Below are positions 53,517 to 63,292 of a stretch of 64,000 bases of DNA, piece by piece. Where the stretch lies: assembly GCA_012518835.1 (NCBI GenBank), contig JAAYRH010000079.1, positions 6,791 to 70,790 of the forward strand, in the 5' to 3' direction. The notes beneath the pieces are model-generated. The model had not been told where the DNA came from. It made no database searches and saw nothing but the letters and a program-made list of their open reading frames with translations. Position numbers and translations under genes: made by a program. The first letter of the stretch is position 1; each line of letters begins with the position of its first letter. Source of the stretch: Aeromonadales bacterium (GTDB lineage: Bacteria > Pseudomonadota > Gammaproteobacteria > Enterobacterales > Aeromonadaceae).

Positions 53517-54456
53517 AGAAATAAGGTACCAATAATAGCAACCAAGCTAAGGACAGCCAGAACAACAAGGCCACAGTCAATCGCACCAATAAACGGCGAC
53601 AACTTTCTAAGGTAAGTAACTGACTGGTGCCTAATTTAGGATAATACTCGGTAGTCTGGGTATAGCGGCGCGGACCGCCAAGTCCACTGTCTATGCCCGC
53701 ACCCGCCACAGCCAGTAATCGACCCGCTGCCGGATAGGCCCATAGCTTACCCTGAGGCCAGGCTTTAAGAGCGCGCTTTGAGCCTGGGTAAATTAACAAG
53801 GTAAACGCCAGTAAATGCACAGGTAGCCATGCCAACGCGCGATAACTAACCGAGGCCAGCTGACCAAATAATCGCCAAGGGGCTAACTTTACCGGCCAAG
53901 CTTGCACAGCCAAGCGCAGTAATCCAAACGCTAAGGCACTATAAATACCACCCGCTAAATACCAAAACAGCAGCGCAAAGTCTGCCGCGAGTCGCAAAGT
54001 GCTGGTTTCAGCCACGGCTTTATACACGCCTAACGGAGACAGCGCCTCAGTATGGCGTAAACATAAAGGAGCTAAACTTAAGCGAGCTAATGGCGTTTGT
54101 TGCTGTGCATGCGTTAAACAAGCGGGCACCGCTTGTCTAAGCCGGCCTAAATCGAGAAATAACCACAGTAACAGCGGCTCCAATAGTGACGGCCAAGGCG
54201 CAAGAACCGCTAGCGCCCAATACGCCGCTGCCAGCGGTACATAGAGACAAATTAACAAGCCGCCGCCCGCTGCTTGCAAATAAAGGGGCGAATAGTCGCT
54301 GTTATTTAACCGCAAACCCAGTTTAGTAATACCGGTGCTGATCGCTGCTTGTAGTGTAGTGATCGGTAGTAACCAACTGAGTAATAAAGCCAGACTCAAT
54401 AAGCCGACCTTGTGCTCTAGCAATAACGCGACCATGTTAGTGAGCAGACTTAGCAA
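53509..54456 (-). CDS. CobD/CbiB-like membrane protein (divergent)
   Basis: Hydrophobic; AR..L..L..R.T..L, FWY..GG, W.P, LGGP..Y pattern; lies between mtnN and btuF. Confidence 0.65.
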   Translation of the reverse strand: MLSLLTNMVALLLEHKVGLLSLALLLSWLLPITTLQAAISTGITKLGLRLNNSDYSPLYLQAAGGGLLICLYVPLAAAYWALAVLAPWPSLLEPLLLWLFLDLGRLRQAVPACLTHAQQQTPLARLSLAPLCLRHTEALSPLGVYKAVAETSTLRLAADFALLFWYLAGGIYSALAFGLLRLAVQAWPVKLAPWRLFGQLASVSYRALAWLPVHLLAFTLLIYPGSKRALKAWPQGKLWAYPAAGRLLAVAGAGIDSGLGGPRRYTQTTEYYPKLGTSQLLTLESCRRLLVRLTVALLFWLSLAWLLLLVPYFYG

Positions 54457-55135
54457 TCATCGCCAACACCATGGCGCAGGAGTGCTGGGCGGCGAGCTCT
54501 AAAAAGGCTTCAAATGACTCGGCTTGTTCTTTACCGGCAATATCCGATAACGCACGCACCACCACAAAGGGCACATGAAACTGATGGCATACTTGAGCAA
54601 TCGCTGCGGCTTCCATGTCACAGGCTTTCATGGTGGGAAAGGCGGTGATGGCATTATGTAGTTGCAACTCGCGATGCATAAATTGATCGCCGGTACAAAT
54701 GAGGCCAACGGCAGAGTTAATTTCAGATTGCTCGGCTAAACAGCGCTCGGCTAAGGTAATCAGCTCTTTATCGGCGATAAAAGCGGCAGGCTGCTGGGCC
54801 ATTTGCCCTATTTCATAACCAAAGGCAGTCACATCCACATCGTGAAAGCGTACTTCATCGGAGATAATCACATCACCGACGTTAAGATTAGGATCAAAGC
54901 CACCTGCAGAGCCGGTATTAATAACGCAGCGAGGGCCAAAGCGATCCAGCAGTAAAGTGGTAGCAATACTGGCAGCCACTTTGCCGATACCCGAGCGAGT
55001 GATGACCACGTCTTTACCAGCCAACTGCCCTTGATAAAACTCACAGCCACCAATAATCAGCGTGCTGGGGGTGTCTAATTGCGCTCTTAGCGTTGCCACT
55101 TCTTGTTCCATGGCGCCAATAATACCTATGGTCAT
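54437..55135 (-). CDS. mtnN: 5'-methylthioadenosine/S-adenosylhomocysteine nucleosidase
   Basis: [35 protein letters not shown]. Confidence 0.96.
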   Translation of the reverse strand: MTIGIIGAMEQEVATLRAQLDTPSTLIIGGCEFYQGQLAGKDVVITRSGIGKVAASIATTLLLDRFGPRCVINTGSAGGFDPNLNVGDVIISDEVRFHDVDVTAFGYEIGQMAQQPAAFIADKELITLAERCLAEQSEINSAVGLICTGDQFMHRELQLHNAITAFPTMKACDMEAAAIAQVCHQFHVPFVVVRALSDIAGKEQAESFEAFLELAAQHSCAMVLAMIAKSAH

Positions 55136-55278
55136 AATCGTTCACTCTCGCAGTCTAGATAAGGCGGTGAGTTTATCACTATCTGGCGCTAGGCTCATCT
55201 TTAGCCCATAGCGACTACTGACAGCTAAAGCCGAAGTCGGTATCCTGCATTAAATAGGTCACTAATGAGAAAAAGCAC

Positions 55279-57684
55279 ATGAAACCCATTAAAACATGGG
55301 CGCAATACTATGTAGATTTAATGACTAAGCTAGGCATAGTGCGCTTTAGCATGTTGTTAGCCGCCTGCATGATATTGCTGGCCATTTTTATCCAGATAGG
55401 GGTGACCCTGTTTTTACGCGGCAATATAGAAGCCATCGATATGGTGCGCTCTATCTTCTTTGGGTTGTTAGTAACCCCCTGGGCGGTGTATTTTTTATCG
55501 GTGGTGGTTGACCAATTAGAAGACTCGCGCCAGCGCTTGAGCCGGCTCGTGCAGCGCCTACAACAAATGCGTGAGCGCGACTTAGAGTTAAACAATCAGT
55601 TAAAAGAAAAGGTCGGTTTACTTAATCGACAAATAGAAGAAACCCATAAAGCAGAAGCGGCCCGCCAGCAGGCCATTGAAGATTTAGAACTAGAAGTCGT
55701 CCAGCGTGAAAAAGCGCAGATGGAGTCTCAAGAGCGCTCGGCTTTATTACGCTCTTTTATCGATACTTCACCGGATCTAGTGTATTACCGCAATGAGCGC
55801 GAAGAGTTATCGGGCTGTAACCGCGCCATGGAAGATTTACTGGGTAAAAGTGAGCAAGAGCTAATTGGTTTAACGCCGTTTGACGTGTATTCAGCCGATA
55901 TCGCCGAAAAAGTCATTGAAACGGATAGAGAAGTATTTGCGCGCAATGAAACTCAAACCTATGAACAATGGCTGGAATATCCTGATGGGCGTAAAGCCTG
56001 CTTTGAACTGCGCAAGGTGCCATTTTTTGATCGCAATGGTAAGCGCTTAGGTCTCTTGGGTTATGGACGAGACATTACTGAGCGCAAGCGTTATCAAGAA
56101 GAGTTAGAGCAAGCCAGTCGTGATAAAACTACTTTTATCTCGACCATTAGCCATGAGTTACGTACTCCACTTAATGGCATTGTCGGCTTAAGTCGGATCT
56201 TGTTAGCCACTAAGCTTGACACAGAACAGTACCAGCATATGAAGACCATTCATTTTAGTGCGGTGACCTTGGGTAATATTTTTAACGATATTATCGACTT
56301 AGATAAAGTAGATAGGTCTCGACTAGAGCTGGCACCGGAAGCCATGGATTTTCCGGGTTTTCTTGATGATCTTGAAAGCTTGGCTCGTCTACAAGCAGAG
56401 CAGAAAGGACTGTATTTACACTTTGACCGAGATGGAGATATTCCTGACTGGATTTGGGCCGATGGCACTCGCTTGCGCCAAGTATTATGGAATCTCGTGG
56501 GCAATGCCGTTAAGTTTACTGACGAGGGCGGCGTAACCATCCGTTGTATGGCCGACGAGCTTGCGCCAGGGGAGATCACACTACGCTTTGATATTGAAGA
56601 TACTGGCATTGGTATTCCACTGGCGTTGCAAGACAAAATATTTGCACTGTATTTTCAGGTAGAAGGCGACAAGTTTGCTACCGGTACAGGGATTGGCTTG
56701 GCCGTGTCTCAGCAATTAGTGAGTGCGATGAAAGGTGATATCGAACTGTATAGCGAGGAGGGCGAGGGGGCTTGCTTTAGCATTACCATTACCGTGCCAC
56801 GCACTAAGCCACCGGTTGATGATCCTATGGTAGCTCACTTACCGATGCTGTCGGTGTTGTTGGTGGAAGATGTAGAGCTAAACGTAACGGTGGCTTGCGC
56901 CTTATTAGAAAAGCTAGGTCACCAAGTCACGGTGGCGCGTGATGGTAGCGAAGCCTTAGCGTTATTAGCGAGCACTTGTTTTGACTTAGTATTTTTAGAT
57001 ATTCAGCTGCCGGATATGACGGGCTTTGATATTGCCGCGCATTTGCGCCAAAAAGCGAAAGAGCAATCATGTACGTTACCGCCCTTGGTGGCACTAACGG
57101 CTAATGTGATCCGTGATAAACAAGAGTATCTCGCTAAGGGCATGGATGATGCAATTAGTAAGCCACTGTCTTCGAAGGCGATTAAAGGCGTGTTGGCACG
57201 GTTTTTTGCGCACTTACCCGCTGCAGAGGAAACAGCAAGCAAACCTGTATTAACTCAGCAAGCAGCCACTAAACCAGCGCTAACTCAGTCTCCTATTCCC
57301 AATGCGGTCGCTAAGGGAGAACTAGCCGCGCAAGAAGAGCTGATTTTAGATACGGTCTTTCTAAATGACTATGTAGAAACTGTGGGGGCAGCTATTTTAT
57401 TATCTAGTGTCGAGATGTTGGAAGGAATGGCGCCCGATTACCTAAGTCAGCTTAATACCTTTATTGAGCATCAGTCTAAAGAAGCGATTGTAGAAGAAGC
57501 ACATAAAATCAAAGGTGCCGCCGGCTCGGTGGGGCTTAAACGAGCCCAGCAATTAGCACAGCAAATTCAAAGCCCCAACCTGCCTGAATGGGAACAGCAA
57601 CTACTCGGCTGGGCAGCGGATCTCAATCACTATTTACCGCAGGATCTTAAGGAACTGCGCCTTTGGCTTGAACAACGGTTATAA
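55279..57684 (+). CDS. arcB: aerobic respiration control hybrid sensor kinase ArcB
   Basis: 2 TM, PAS with both redox cysteines (SGCN, KACF), ISHELRTP, HATPase, REC (FLDIQLPD), HPt (AHKIKGAAG). Confidence 0.95.
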   Translation: MKPIKTWAQYYVDLMTKLGIVRFSMLLAACMILLAIFIQIGVTLFLRGNIEAIDMVRSIFFGLLVTPWAVYFLSVVVDQLEDSRQRLSRLVQRLQQMRERDLELNNQLKEKVGLLNRQIEETHKAEAARQQAIEDLELEVVQREKAQMESQERSALLRSFIDTSPDLVYYRNEREELSGCNRAMEDLLGKSEQELIGLTPFDVYSADIAEKVIETDREVFARNETQTYEQWLEYPDGRKACFELRKVPFFDRNGKRLGLLGYGRDITERKRYQEELEQASRDKTTFISTISHELRTPLNGIVGLSRILLATKLDTEQYQHMKTIHFSAVTLGNIFNDIIDLDKVDRSRLELAPEAMDFPGFLDDLESLARLQAEQKGLYLHFDRDGDIPDWIWADGTRLRQVLWNLVGNAVKFTDEGGVTIRCMADELAPGEITLRFDIEDTGIGIPLALQDKIFALYFQVEGDKFATGTGIGLAVSQQLVSAMKGDIELYSEEGEGACFSITITVPRTKPPVDDPMVAHLPMLSVLLVEDVELNVTVACALLEKLGHQVTVARDGSEALALLASTCFDLVFLDIQLPDMTGFDIAAHLRQKAKEQSCTLPPLVALTANVIRDKQEYLAKGMDDAISKPLSSKAIKGVLARFFAHLPAAEETASKPVLTQQAATKPALTQSPIPNAVAKGELAAQEELILDTVFLNDYVETVGAAILLSSVEMLEGMAPDYLSQLNTFIEHQSKEAIVEEAHKIKGAAGSVGLKRAQQLAQQIQSPNLPEWEQQLLGWAADLNHYLPQDLKELRLWLEQRL

Positions 57685-57737
57685 TACTGAGCAGTCCCCA
57701 GCATCGGTAATATTAAGTAAGGTTAACAGGAGGAGCA

Positions 57738-58988
57738 GTGAGTAAACGATTTTATCAGCTGCTGCCCTTAGTGTTACTGATGAGCGCTGCTAGCCAAGCT
57801 GAGCTCGCCCCCTCTGTCAGTATCTATGAAGTGCTCCCCGAAGATAGCTGGCGCTCGTTAGCCGCTCACTTTCAGTTGAGCGAGCGCCAACTGCGCTTAG
57901 ATTATAATGCCTCGCGCTTTATGGTGCCGTTAGCGGCGGGTGAGCATATCTGGGTACCCGAGCGACAAGCAGAACAGGAGCCTGCGCCGGCTGCTACGGC
58001 GCTGTCTTATACGTTAACAGCTCGCCAACATAAAACGGCTAGTGCACCTTTAAATACAGCCACGGCATCAACGCCAATTATGGCGCCTTCTCGGCCTTTG
58101 CCCCAGCTAGGTCGGCCGAACCCGGCTCACGCTCCTAAAAGTCAGAAGATGCTATTAACCGTGGCCACGGCCGCACAAGCAGCGGCCACCAATAAGTTAG
58201 AAAAGTTCGTTGAGCAGCAAAGCTCGATGTTGGCAGATAATACCTTATCCTTTGGCTCTCAGCGGTTAAGCCAATGGCTACCCTTACAGCCCCAGCAGTG
58301 GGACTGGGACTACCAGCTGCCGTTATTTGATAAAAAGCCTAAGTTTAATAGCCGTATGGCACTACCGGTTAGTAAGGCCTGGCAAGGGGAGTTAGGGGTA
58401 GATTACCGAGATGAGCGGCTAACTTATCAGGCTGGATTGCATTTCTCACAGCCTCTTACCCAGCGCATTAGCGGTCATATAACCCCAGTCATGGACTATC
58501 AAACCAAGCTTGATCATCAACGGGCGGGTTTATTAGTGTCTTTACAAAGCCAAGACTGGGCCTTAGGCGCCGGACAATATCAGCCGTTGTCTGAATGGCG
58601 TACTGATGCTGGGCGTTTAGAGCGTCCCGCTGCAGGCCAGTTATTATTTGGCGAAGGGCGTATTGCGGGTATATCCGGATTGAGTGTGTCGGGGCAGTAT
58701 TATCAGTGGCAGGGGCAGCAGCTTCAATTATATGGCAGTGGTGATAAGCACAAGGCGGCTTTGTCGCGACAATGGGCCCTCAATTATTCACCTTGGAAAA
58801 TACTTAAACTGCAAAGTGCTTTGCTTAGTAATAGCAAGCACGATTTTGAGACGACCTTTCAAGTAGGAATAGAGCTGCCCTTAGGGATAGCGCCAGGTAA
58901 ATGGTGGCAGCCGCTGAGTAGCCATTCGCGCTATGATGATTATCAGCCGCTGCAACATCACAAAGTAATGGTATTAGAACATCACTAA
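57738..58988 (+). CDS. LysM domain + intimin/invasin-type (inverse autotransporter) beta-barrel protein, no passenger
   Basis: Signal peptide; YEVLPEDSWRSLA...L.AGEHIWVP (LysM); Y.PLSEWR....ERPAAG, QWQG.QL.LYG, LNYSP, ...VLEHH matching the invasin barrel end. Confidence 0.72.
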   Translation: MSKRFYQLLPLVLLMSAASQAELAPSVSIYEVLPEDSWRSLAAHFQLSERQLRLDYNASRFMVPLAAGEHIWVPERQAEQEPAPAATALSYTLTARQHKTASAPLNTATASTPIMAPSRPLPQLGRPNPAHAPKSQKMLLTVATAAQAAATNKLEKFVEQQSSMLADNTLSFGSQRLSQWLPLQPQQWDWDYQLPLFDKKPKFNSRMALPVSKAWQGELGVDYRDERLTYQAGLHFSQPLTQRISGHITPVMDYQTKLDHQRAGLLVSLQSQDWALGAGQYQPLSEWRTDAGRLERPAAGQLLFGEGRIAGISGLSVSGQYYQWQGQQLQLYGSGDKHKAALSRQWALNYSPWKILKLQSALLSNSKHDFETTFQVGIELPLGIAPGKWWQPLSSHSRYDDYQPLQHHKVMVLEHH

Positions 58989-59482
58989 AGACGAGAAAAT
59001 TCTTCGTTACCAAAACTGGTAGGTGTGGCTTTTTGTAGTAAGGTCAGTAGCAAAATAGCACGAGTATCGCCATCGGCTTCTTGATAGATGGCTTCTAAAC
59101 CGGCAAAGGGTCCTTGCTCAATACGCACTTTATCTCCTGGGCGAGGCAGGTCGCTTAACTGGTTTCTTAATTCATCACTGTCGCAATGCAACATTAAATC
59201 GTAAACCAACTCATTTGGCACCGTACAAGGTCCCGCGCCAAAGCGCACTAAGCTGCGGATCCCACGAGTGGAGCGCAAAGTCACTGAGCTGATGATATTT
59301 AAATCGGCATGAATAAAAATATAGCCAGGGAACAGCGCTTCGGTGCGGGTCACCATTTTTCGCCGATGGAGTTTTTTTACTTCGGCATAGGGATAAAAAG
59401 CTTCTATACCTTGGTTTTTTAGGTTGAGTAGTGCCCGCTCTTCCTCGCGGGGGCGACATTGCGCCAAATACCATTGTTGCAT
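58985..59482 (-). CDS. rfaH: transcription/translation antitermination factor RfaH
   Basis: WYLAQCRPREE.RA..NL.NQG, EALFPGYIF, STRG, PGDKV.I..GPFAGLEAIY. Confidence 0.95.
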   Translation of the reverse strand: MQQWYLAQCRPREEERALLNLKNQGIEAFYPYAEVKKLHRRKMVTRTEALFPGYIFIHADLNIISSVTLRSTRGIRSLVRFGAGPCTVPNELVYDLMLHCDSDELRNQLSDLPRPGDKVRIEQGPFAGLEAIYQEADGDTRAILLLTLLQKATPTSFGNEEFSRL

Positions 59483-59527
59483 CCAAGCTCCTCACAGTCT
59501 CAAGAATGATAATTATGACACAGCCAT

Positions 59528-59557
59528 AAAAAAGGTCACGGACTATGCCGTGACCTT
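59528..59557 (-). terminator. metQ terminator
   Basis: AAGGTCACGG-N6-CCGTGACCTT with a T-run on the minus strand. Confidence 0.85.
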
Positions 59558-59576
59558 AATTAAGTTGAGCTTGGAT

Positions 59577-60401
59577 TTACCAGCCTTTTACGAGACCACC
59601 TTTAAAAAGTTTATAGGCGGCGTCATACACTTCATCGCTATGATACGCTTTAACAAACTGCTCGATCCGTGGATCATCTTTATTATCAATACGCGCCACA
59701 ATCAGGTTTACATAAGGGGATTCTTTATCTTCCACAAACAAGCCATCGCGCTCGGGTAATAACTCAATTTGTGAGGCATAGGTGGTGTTAATAATGGCAA
59801 AAGCCACATCATCTAACGAGCGGGGCAGCTGCGGTGCTTCTAATTCAACAATTTTTAAGTTTTTGGGGTTAGCCGTGATATCTAATGGTGTCGCAGATAA
59901 ACCCGCGGCATCGTCTAATTCAATCAAGCCTTCTTGCTCTAGTAGTAACAAGCTACGACCTAAGTTAGTAGGATCATTAGGTACGGCAACTTTGGCGCCA
60001 TCTTCTAAATCCTCTATCGACTTAATGACTTTCGAGTAGGCAGCGATGGGATAAACAAAGGTGTTACCCACTGCAATCAGCTCGTAACCGCGGTCGGCAA
60101 TTTGTTTATCTAAATAAGGTTGATGCTGAAAAGAGTTGAGATCTAAATTGCCGTCATTTAAAGCCACGTTGGGGGTGACGTAATCACTAAAAGACACCAG
60201 CTCGACGTCTAAATCATATTGCTCTTTAGCTACTTTAACTACCACTTCGGCCACTTGCTCTTCAGCACCGGCTATCACACCTACTCGTAGTGGCTTGATA
60301 GGGGTAACACTGTGGTCAGTGCTTGGTTCGCCACAACCGCTGAGTACTAACGCTGAGGCCAATACACCCATGGTTGCCAGCGAGGTAAATGAAAACTTCA
60401 T
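59577..60401 (-). CDS. metQ: D/L-methionine ABC transporter binding lipoprotein
   Basis: Lipobox LSGC, FSDYVTPN, NSFQHQPYL, PNDPTNLGRSL. Confidence 0.95.
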   Translation of the reverse strand: MKFSFTSLATMGVLASALVLSGCGEPSTDHSVTPIKPLRVGVIAGAEEQVAEVVVKVAKEQYDLDVELVSFSDYVTPNVALNDGNLDLNSFQHQPYLDKQIADRGYELIAVGNTFVYPIAAYSKVIKSIEDLEDGAKVAVPNDPTNLGRSLLLLEQEGLIELDDAAGLSATPLDITANPKNLKIVELEAPQLPRSLDDVAFAIINTTYASQIELLPERDGLFVEDKESPYVNLIVARIDNKDDPRIEQFVKAYHSDEVYDAAYKLFKGGLVKGW

Positions 60402-60417
60402 TAGGTAACTCCTTGAA

Positions 60418-61071
60418 TCAACGATGATCAACATAAGCTACCAGACGTTCGCCGGCGCTTTGAATAATTTGTACTAATACTACCAGTATTACCACAGTGA
60501 TCAGCATGATTTGTCCATCAAAGCGCTGATAACCATAGCGAATTCCCACATCCCCTAAGCCACCACCGCCAATGGCGCCCGCCATAGCCGAATAGTTAAC
60601 TAAGGTAACGAGAGTAATAATAATACCATTGAGCATGCCGGGCAGCGCTTCGGGCACCAGTACTTTTACAATAATTTGCATTCGCTTTGCGCCCATCGCT
60701 TGAGCGGCTTCAATTAATCCTGCGGGTACTTCCATCAAGGCGCCTTCAGCTAATCGCGCCACAAAAGGAATGGCGGCCACGGTTAGGGGCACTATGGCGG
60801 CGAGGGTGCCAATGCTGGTACCCACCACTAGACGGGTGAAGGGAATAATCGCCACTAATAAAATAATAAACGGCACCGAGCGGCCAATATTCACCACCGA
60901 ACCTAATAGTTTATTAAACAGCTTATTTTCCCAGATTTGCCCAGGCTTACTGACATGCAGTGCTATCCCTAAAGGAATACCGAGCACGCAGGCAATAATG
61001 CCTGAGCCAAAGGTCATTAATAGGGTTTCCCAAAAAGCTGATAGCAGCAGATTAACCATGGCGTCGGACAT
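60418..61071 (-). CDS. metI: methionine ABC transporter permease
   Basis: [18 protein letters not shown] (EAA loop), [13 protein letters not shown]. Confidence 0.95.
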   Translation of the reverse strand: MSDAMVNLLLSAFWETLLMTFGSGIIACVLGIPLGIALHVSKPGQIWENKLFNKLLGSVVNIGRSVPFIILLVAIIPFTRLVVGTSIGTLAAIVPLTVAAIPFVARLAEGALMEVPAGLIEAAQAMGAKRMQIIVKVLVPEALPGMLNGIIITLVTLVNYSAMAGAIGGGGLGDVGIRYGYQRFDGQIMLITVVILVVLVQIIQSAGERLVAYVDHR

Positions 61072-62095
61072 AACCGAGTAACTCCACCTGAATTTTATGT
61101 TCCTGAAGATAAGCCAAAGCGGCTTGTGTTTGTTCAGCTGTGCCGTCGAGCTCTGCCAGCATAAAGCCAAATTTTACGCCACCCGCGTATTCCATATCCG
61201 CACTAAGAATACTGACGTCCACTTGATATTGGCGACTTAGCACTGAAATCAGCGGGCTGTCGACGGTTTCTCCGGTAAAGCCCAGCCTTACTAATGGCAG
61301 GGCGCCTAACTCGGGCTCAGCCACTAACCGCGACTGATATTCTTCGGGTATCGACAGATTAATAGTGGAAGAAATAAAGCGCCGCGCCAGATTCGTTTTA
61401 GCATTAGCAAAAAACCACGCGACTTCACCTTGCTCAATCAGCTCCCCATTATTGATAATCGCGACCCGGTCACAGATACTCTTTACTACCTGCATCTCGT
61501 GGGTAATCAAGAGTATGGTTAGCCCTAGCTGGCGGTTAATGTCTTTTAGCAAGGTTAAGATAGACTGAGTGGTGTGGGGATCGAGAGCCGAAGTGGCCTC
61601 GTCACATAATAAAACTTTAGGGTTAGGTGCCAGTGCACGGGCGATGGCGACTCTTTGCTTTTGTCCGCCGGAAAGAGCAGTAGGGTATACTTGGGCGCGA
61701 TGAGACAGGCCTACTAGCTCGAGTAGCTCATCGACTCTTTTTTTAATATCGGCTTTGTTCTGACCGGCAAGCTCTAAGGGTAAGGCGATATTGGCAAATA
61801 CAGTACGCGACGCCAATAAATTAAAATGTTGGAAAATCATGCCGATATTACGGCGAGCGCTAGGTAGCTGGCGGTTACTCAGCAGGGTTAAGTCCTGACC
61901 GTCTACCACTACGCTGCCACTAGTGGGTCTTTCTAGTAAGTTTACACAGCGGATCAAGGTACTTTTACCGGCGCCGGACTCGCCAATCACACCCATGATC
62001 TGGCCGGCGGCCACATCAAGGTTAATATTATTGACGGCCAGTACGGTACTGTCACCGCTACCGTAGCGCTTACAAATATTGGTTAGCTTTATCAT
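61052..62095 (-). CDS. metN: methionine ABC transporter ATPase
   Basis: [38 protein letters not shown]-terminal NIL-type domain. Confidence 0.96.
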   Translation of the reverse strand: MIKLTNICKRYGSGDSTVLAVNNINLDVAAGQIMGVIGESGAGKSTLIRCVNLLERPTSGSVVVDGQDLTLLSNRQLPSARRNIGMIFQHFNLLASRTVFANIALPLELAGQNKADIKKRVDELLELVGLSHRAQVYPTALSGGQKQRVAIARALAPNPKVLLCDEATSALDPHTTQSILTLLKDINRQLGLTILLITHEMQVVKSICDRVAIINNGELIEQGEVAWFFANAKTNLARRFISSTINLSIPEEYQSRLVAEPELGALPLVRLGFTGETVDSPLISVLSRQYQVDVSILSADMEYAGGVKFGFMLAELDGTAEQTQAALAYLQEHKIQVELLGYVRRHG

Positions 62096-62188
62096 CTAGG
62101 ATGAGCCTTTGCGGTATGGTTATTCACTATTTTAGTGGGTGAATATAGAGACAAGTCACGTAACAGTGACTAATGGTAGCAAATGCTA

Positions 62189-62204
62189 GGCCGTCTGGAT
62201 GGCT
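62189..62204. promoter_or_regulatory. tandem Met boxes (MetJ site)
   Basis: GGCCGTCT GGATGGCT: 6/8 and 5/8 to AGACGTCT, in tandem upstream of metN. Confidence 0.55.
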
Positions 62205-62272
62205 GAGTCAATGTAAAGTTGCTGGCTTTGCACTAGCGTCGAGTCAAAATGGAATAAAAAGTAAGGAAGCCT

Positions 62273-63292
62273 ATGGGTCAGTATTTTCTGCGGCGACTAT
62301 TGTTGTTAGTGCCTACGTTTTTAGGCATTACCTTATTGGTGTTTGCGATTACCCGTTTTGTCCCGGGCGGCCCCGTCGAGCGCATGTTAATGGAAAGCCA
62401 GCTGGCCAGCAGTGAGTTTAGCCAAAGCTCGCGAGGCAGTCAGATGTTGTCCTCTGAGCAAATTGATGAACTAAAAGTGTTTTATGGCTTAGATCAGCCG
62501 GTGTTTGTGGCCTATCGAGATTGGTTAGTGAAGCTTGTGCAGTTGGATTTGGGAGAGTCGACTCGTTATTACCTACCGGTGTGGGAGCTAATTAAAGAGC
62601 GCTTGCCAGTGTCGGCCTTTTTTGGGATCAGTACCTTTATTTTAAGTTACCTTATTTCTATACCGCTCGGCATCGTTAAGGCACTAAAACACAATGGCCG
62701 CTTTGACAGTATTACTTCTATGCTGATCTACGCGGGTTACGCGTTGCCCGCTTATGTGGTGGGGATTTTTTTACTCACGGTATTTTCGTTTCAACTTGGC
62801 TGGTTTCCCATGGGTGGCTTTGTGGGGGACGACTTTTATTATCTAGAAGGCGTTTGGCCAAAAATACTCAATTTATTTCATCATGCGCTACTCCCCTTAA
62901 TTGCTTATGTGATTGGCGACTTTGCCGTGCTGACTATGACCATGAAAAACAGTTTAATGGAAAACTTGTCGGCAGATTATGTGCGTACCGCGGTAGCCAA
63001 AGGCTTGCCGTTTCGTAAGGCCGTCACCGGTCATGCCCTGCGTAATAGCTTGATCCCCATTGCTAGTCACTTTGGCAATGTGATCTCGGTATTTTTTGCT
63101 GGCTCATTTTTAATAGAAGTGATTTTTAATATCGATGGCTTAGGCTTGCTAGGCTATGAAGCGGTCGTAGAGCGGGATTATCCGGTAGTGATGGGGATCT
63201 TAGCCGTCACCTCTTTTATGATGTTACTCGGTAATATTCTATCGGATATTTGTGTGGCGATAGTCGATCCTAGGGTGCGCTTTGATGGCTAG
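62273..63292 (+). CDS. yejB: peptide/microcin C ABC transporter permease (YejB-like)
   Basis: YFLRRLLLLVPT, PGGPVE, DLGES, ADYVRTAVAKG, GLGLLGYEA. Confidence 0.88.
   Translation: MGQYFLRRLLLLVPTFLGITLLVFAITRFVPGGPVERMLMESQLASSEFSQSSRGSQMLSSEQIDELKVFYGLDQPVFVAYRDWLVKLVQLDLGESTRYYLPVWELIKERLPVSAFFGISTFILSYLISIPLGIVKALKHNGRFDSITSMLIYAGYALPAYVVGIFLLTVFSFQLGWFPMGGFVGDDFYYLEGVWPKILNLFHHALLPLIAYVIGDFAVLTMTMKNSLMENLSADYVRTAVAKGLPFRKAVTGHALRNSLIPIASHFGNVISVFFAGSFLIEVIFNIDGLGLLGYEAVVERDYPVVMGILAVTSFMMLLGNILSDICVAIVDPRVRFDG

Noticed and set aside
52689-55278. Cobalamin riboswitch upstream of btuF
   Set aside because: btuF is internal to an overlapping-gene operon and I see no B12-box pattern in the mtnN-arcB gap
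10480-62095. ORF-track N-terminal extensions for nusG, rplA, cysH, mpl, ubiX, panD, sfsA, thpR, tyrS, metQ and metI
   Set aside because: Homology and RBS position support downstream starts; the extensions overlap neighbours or promoters
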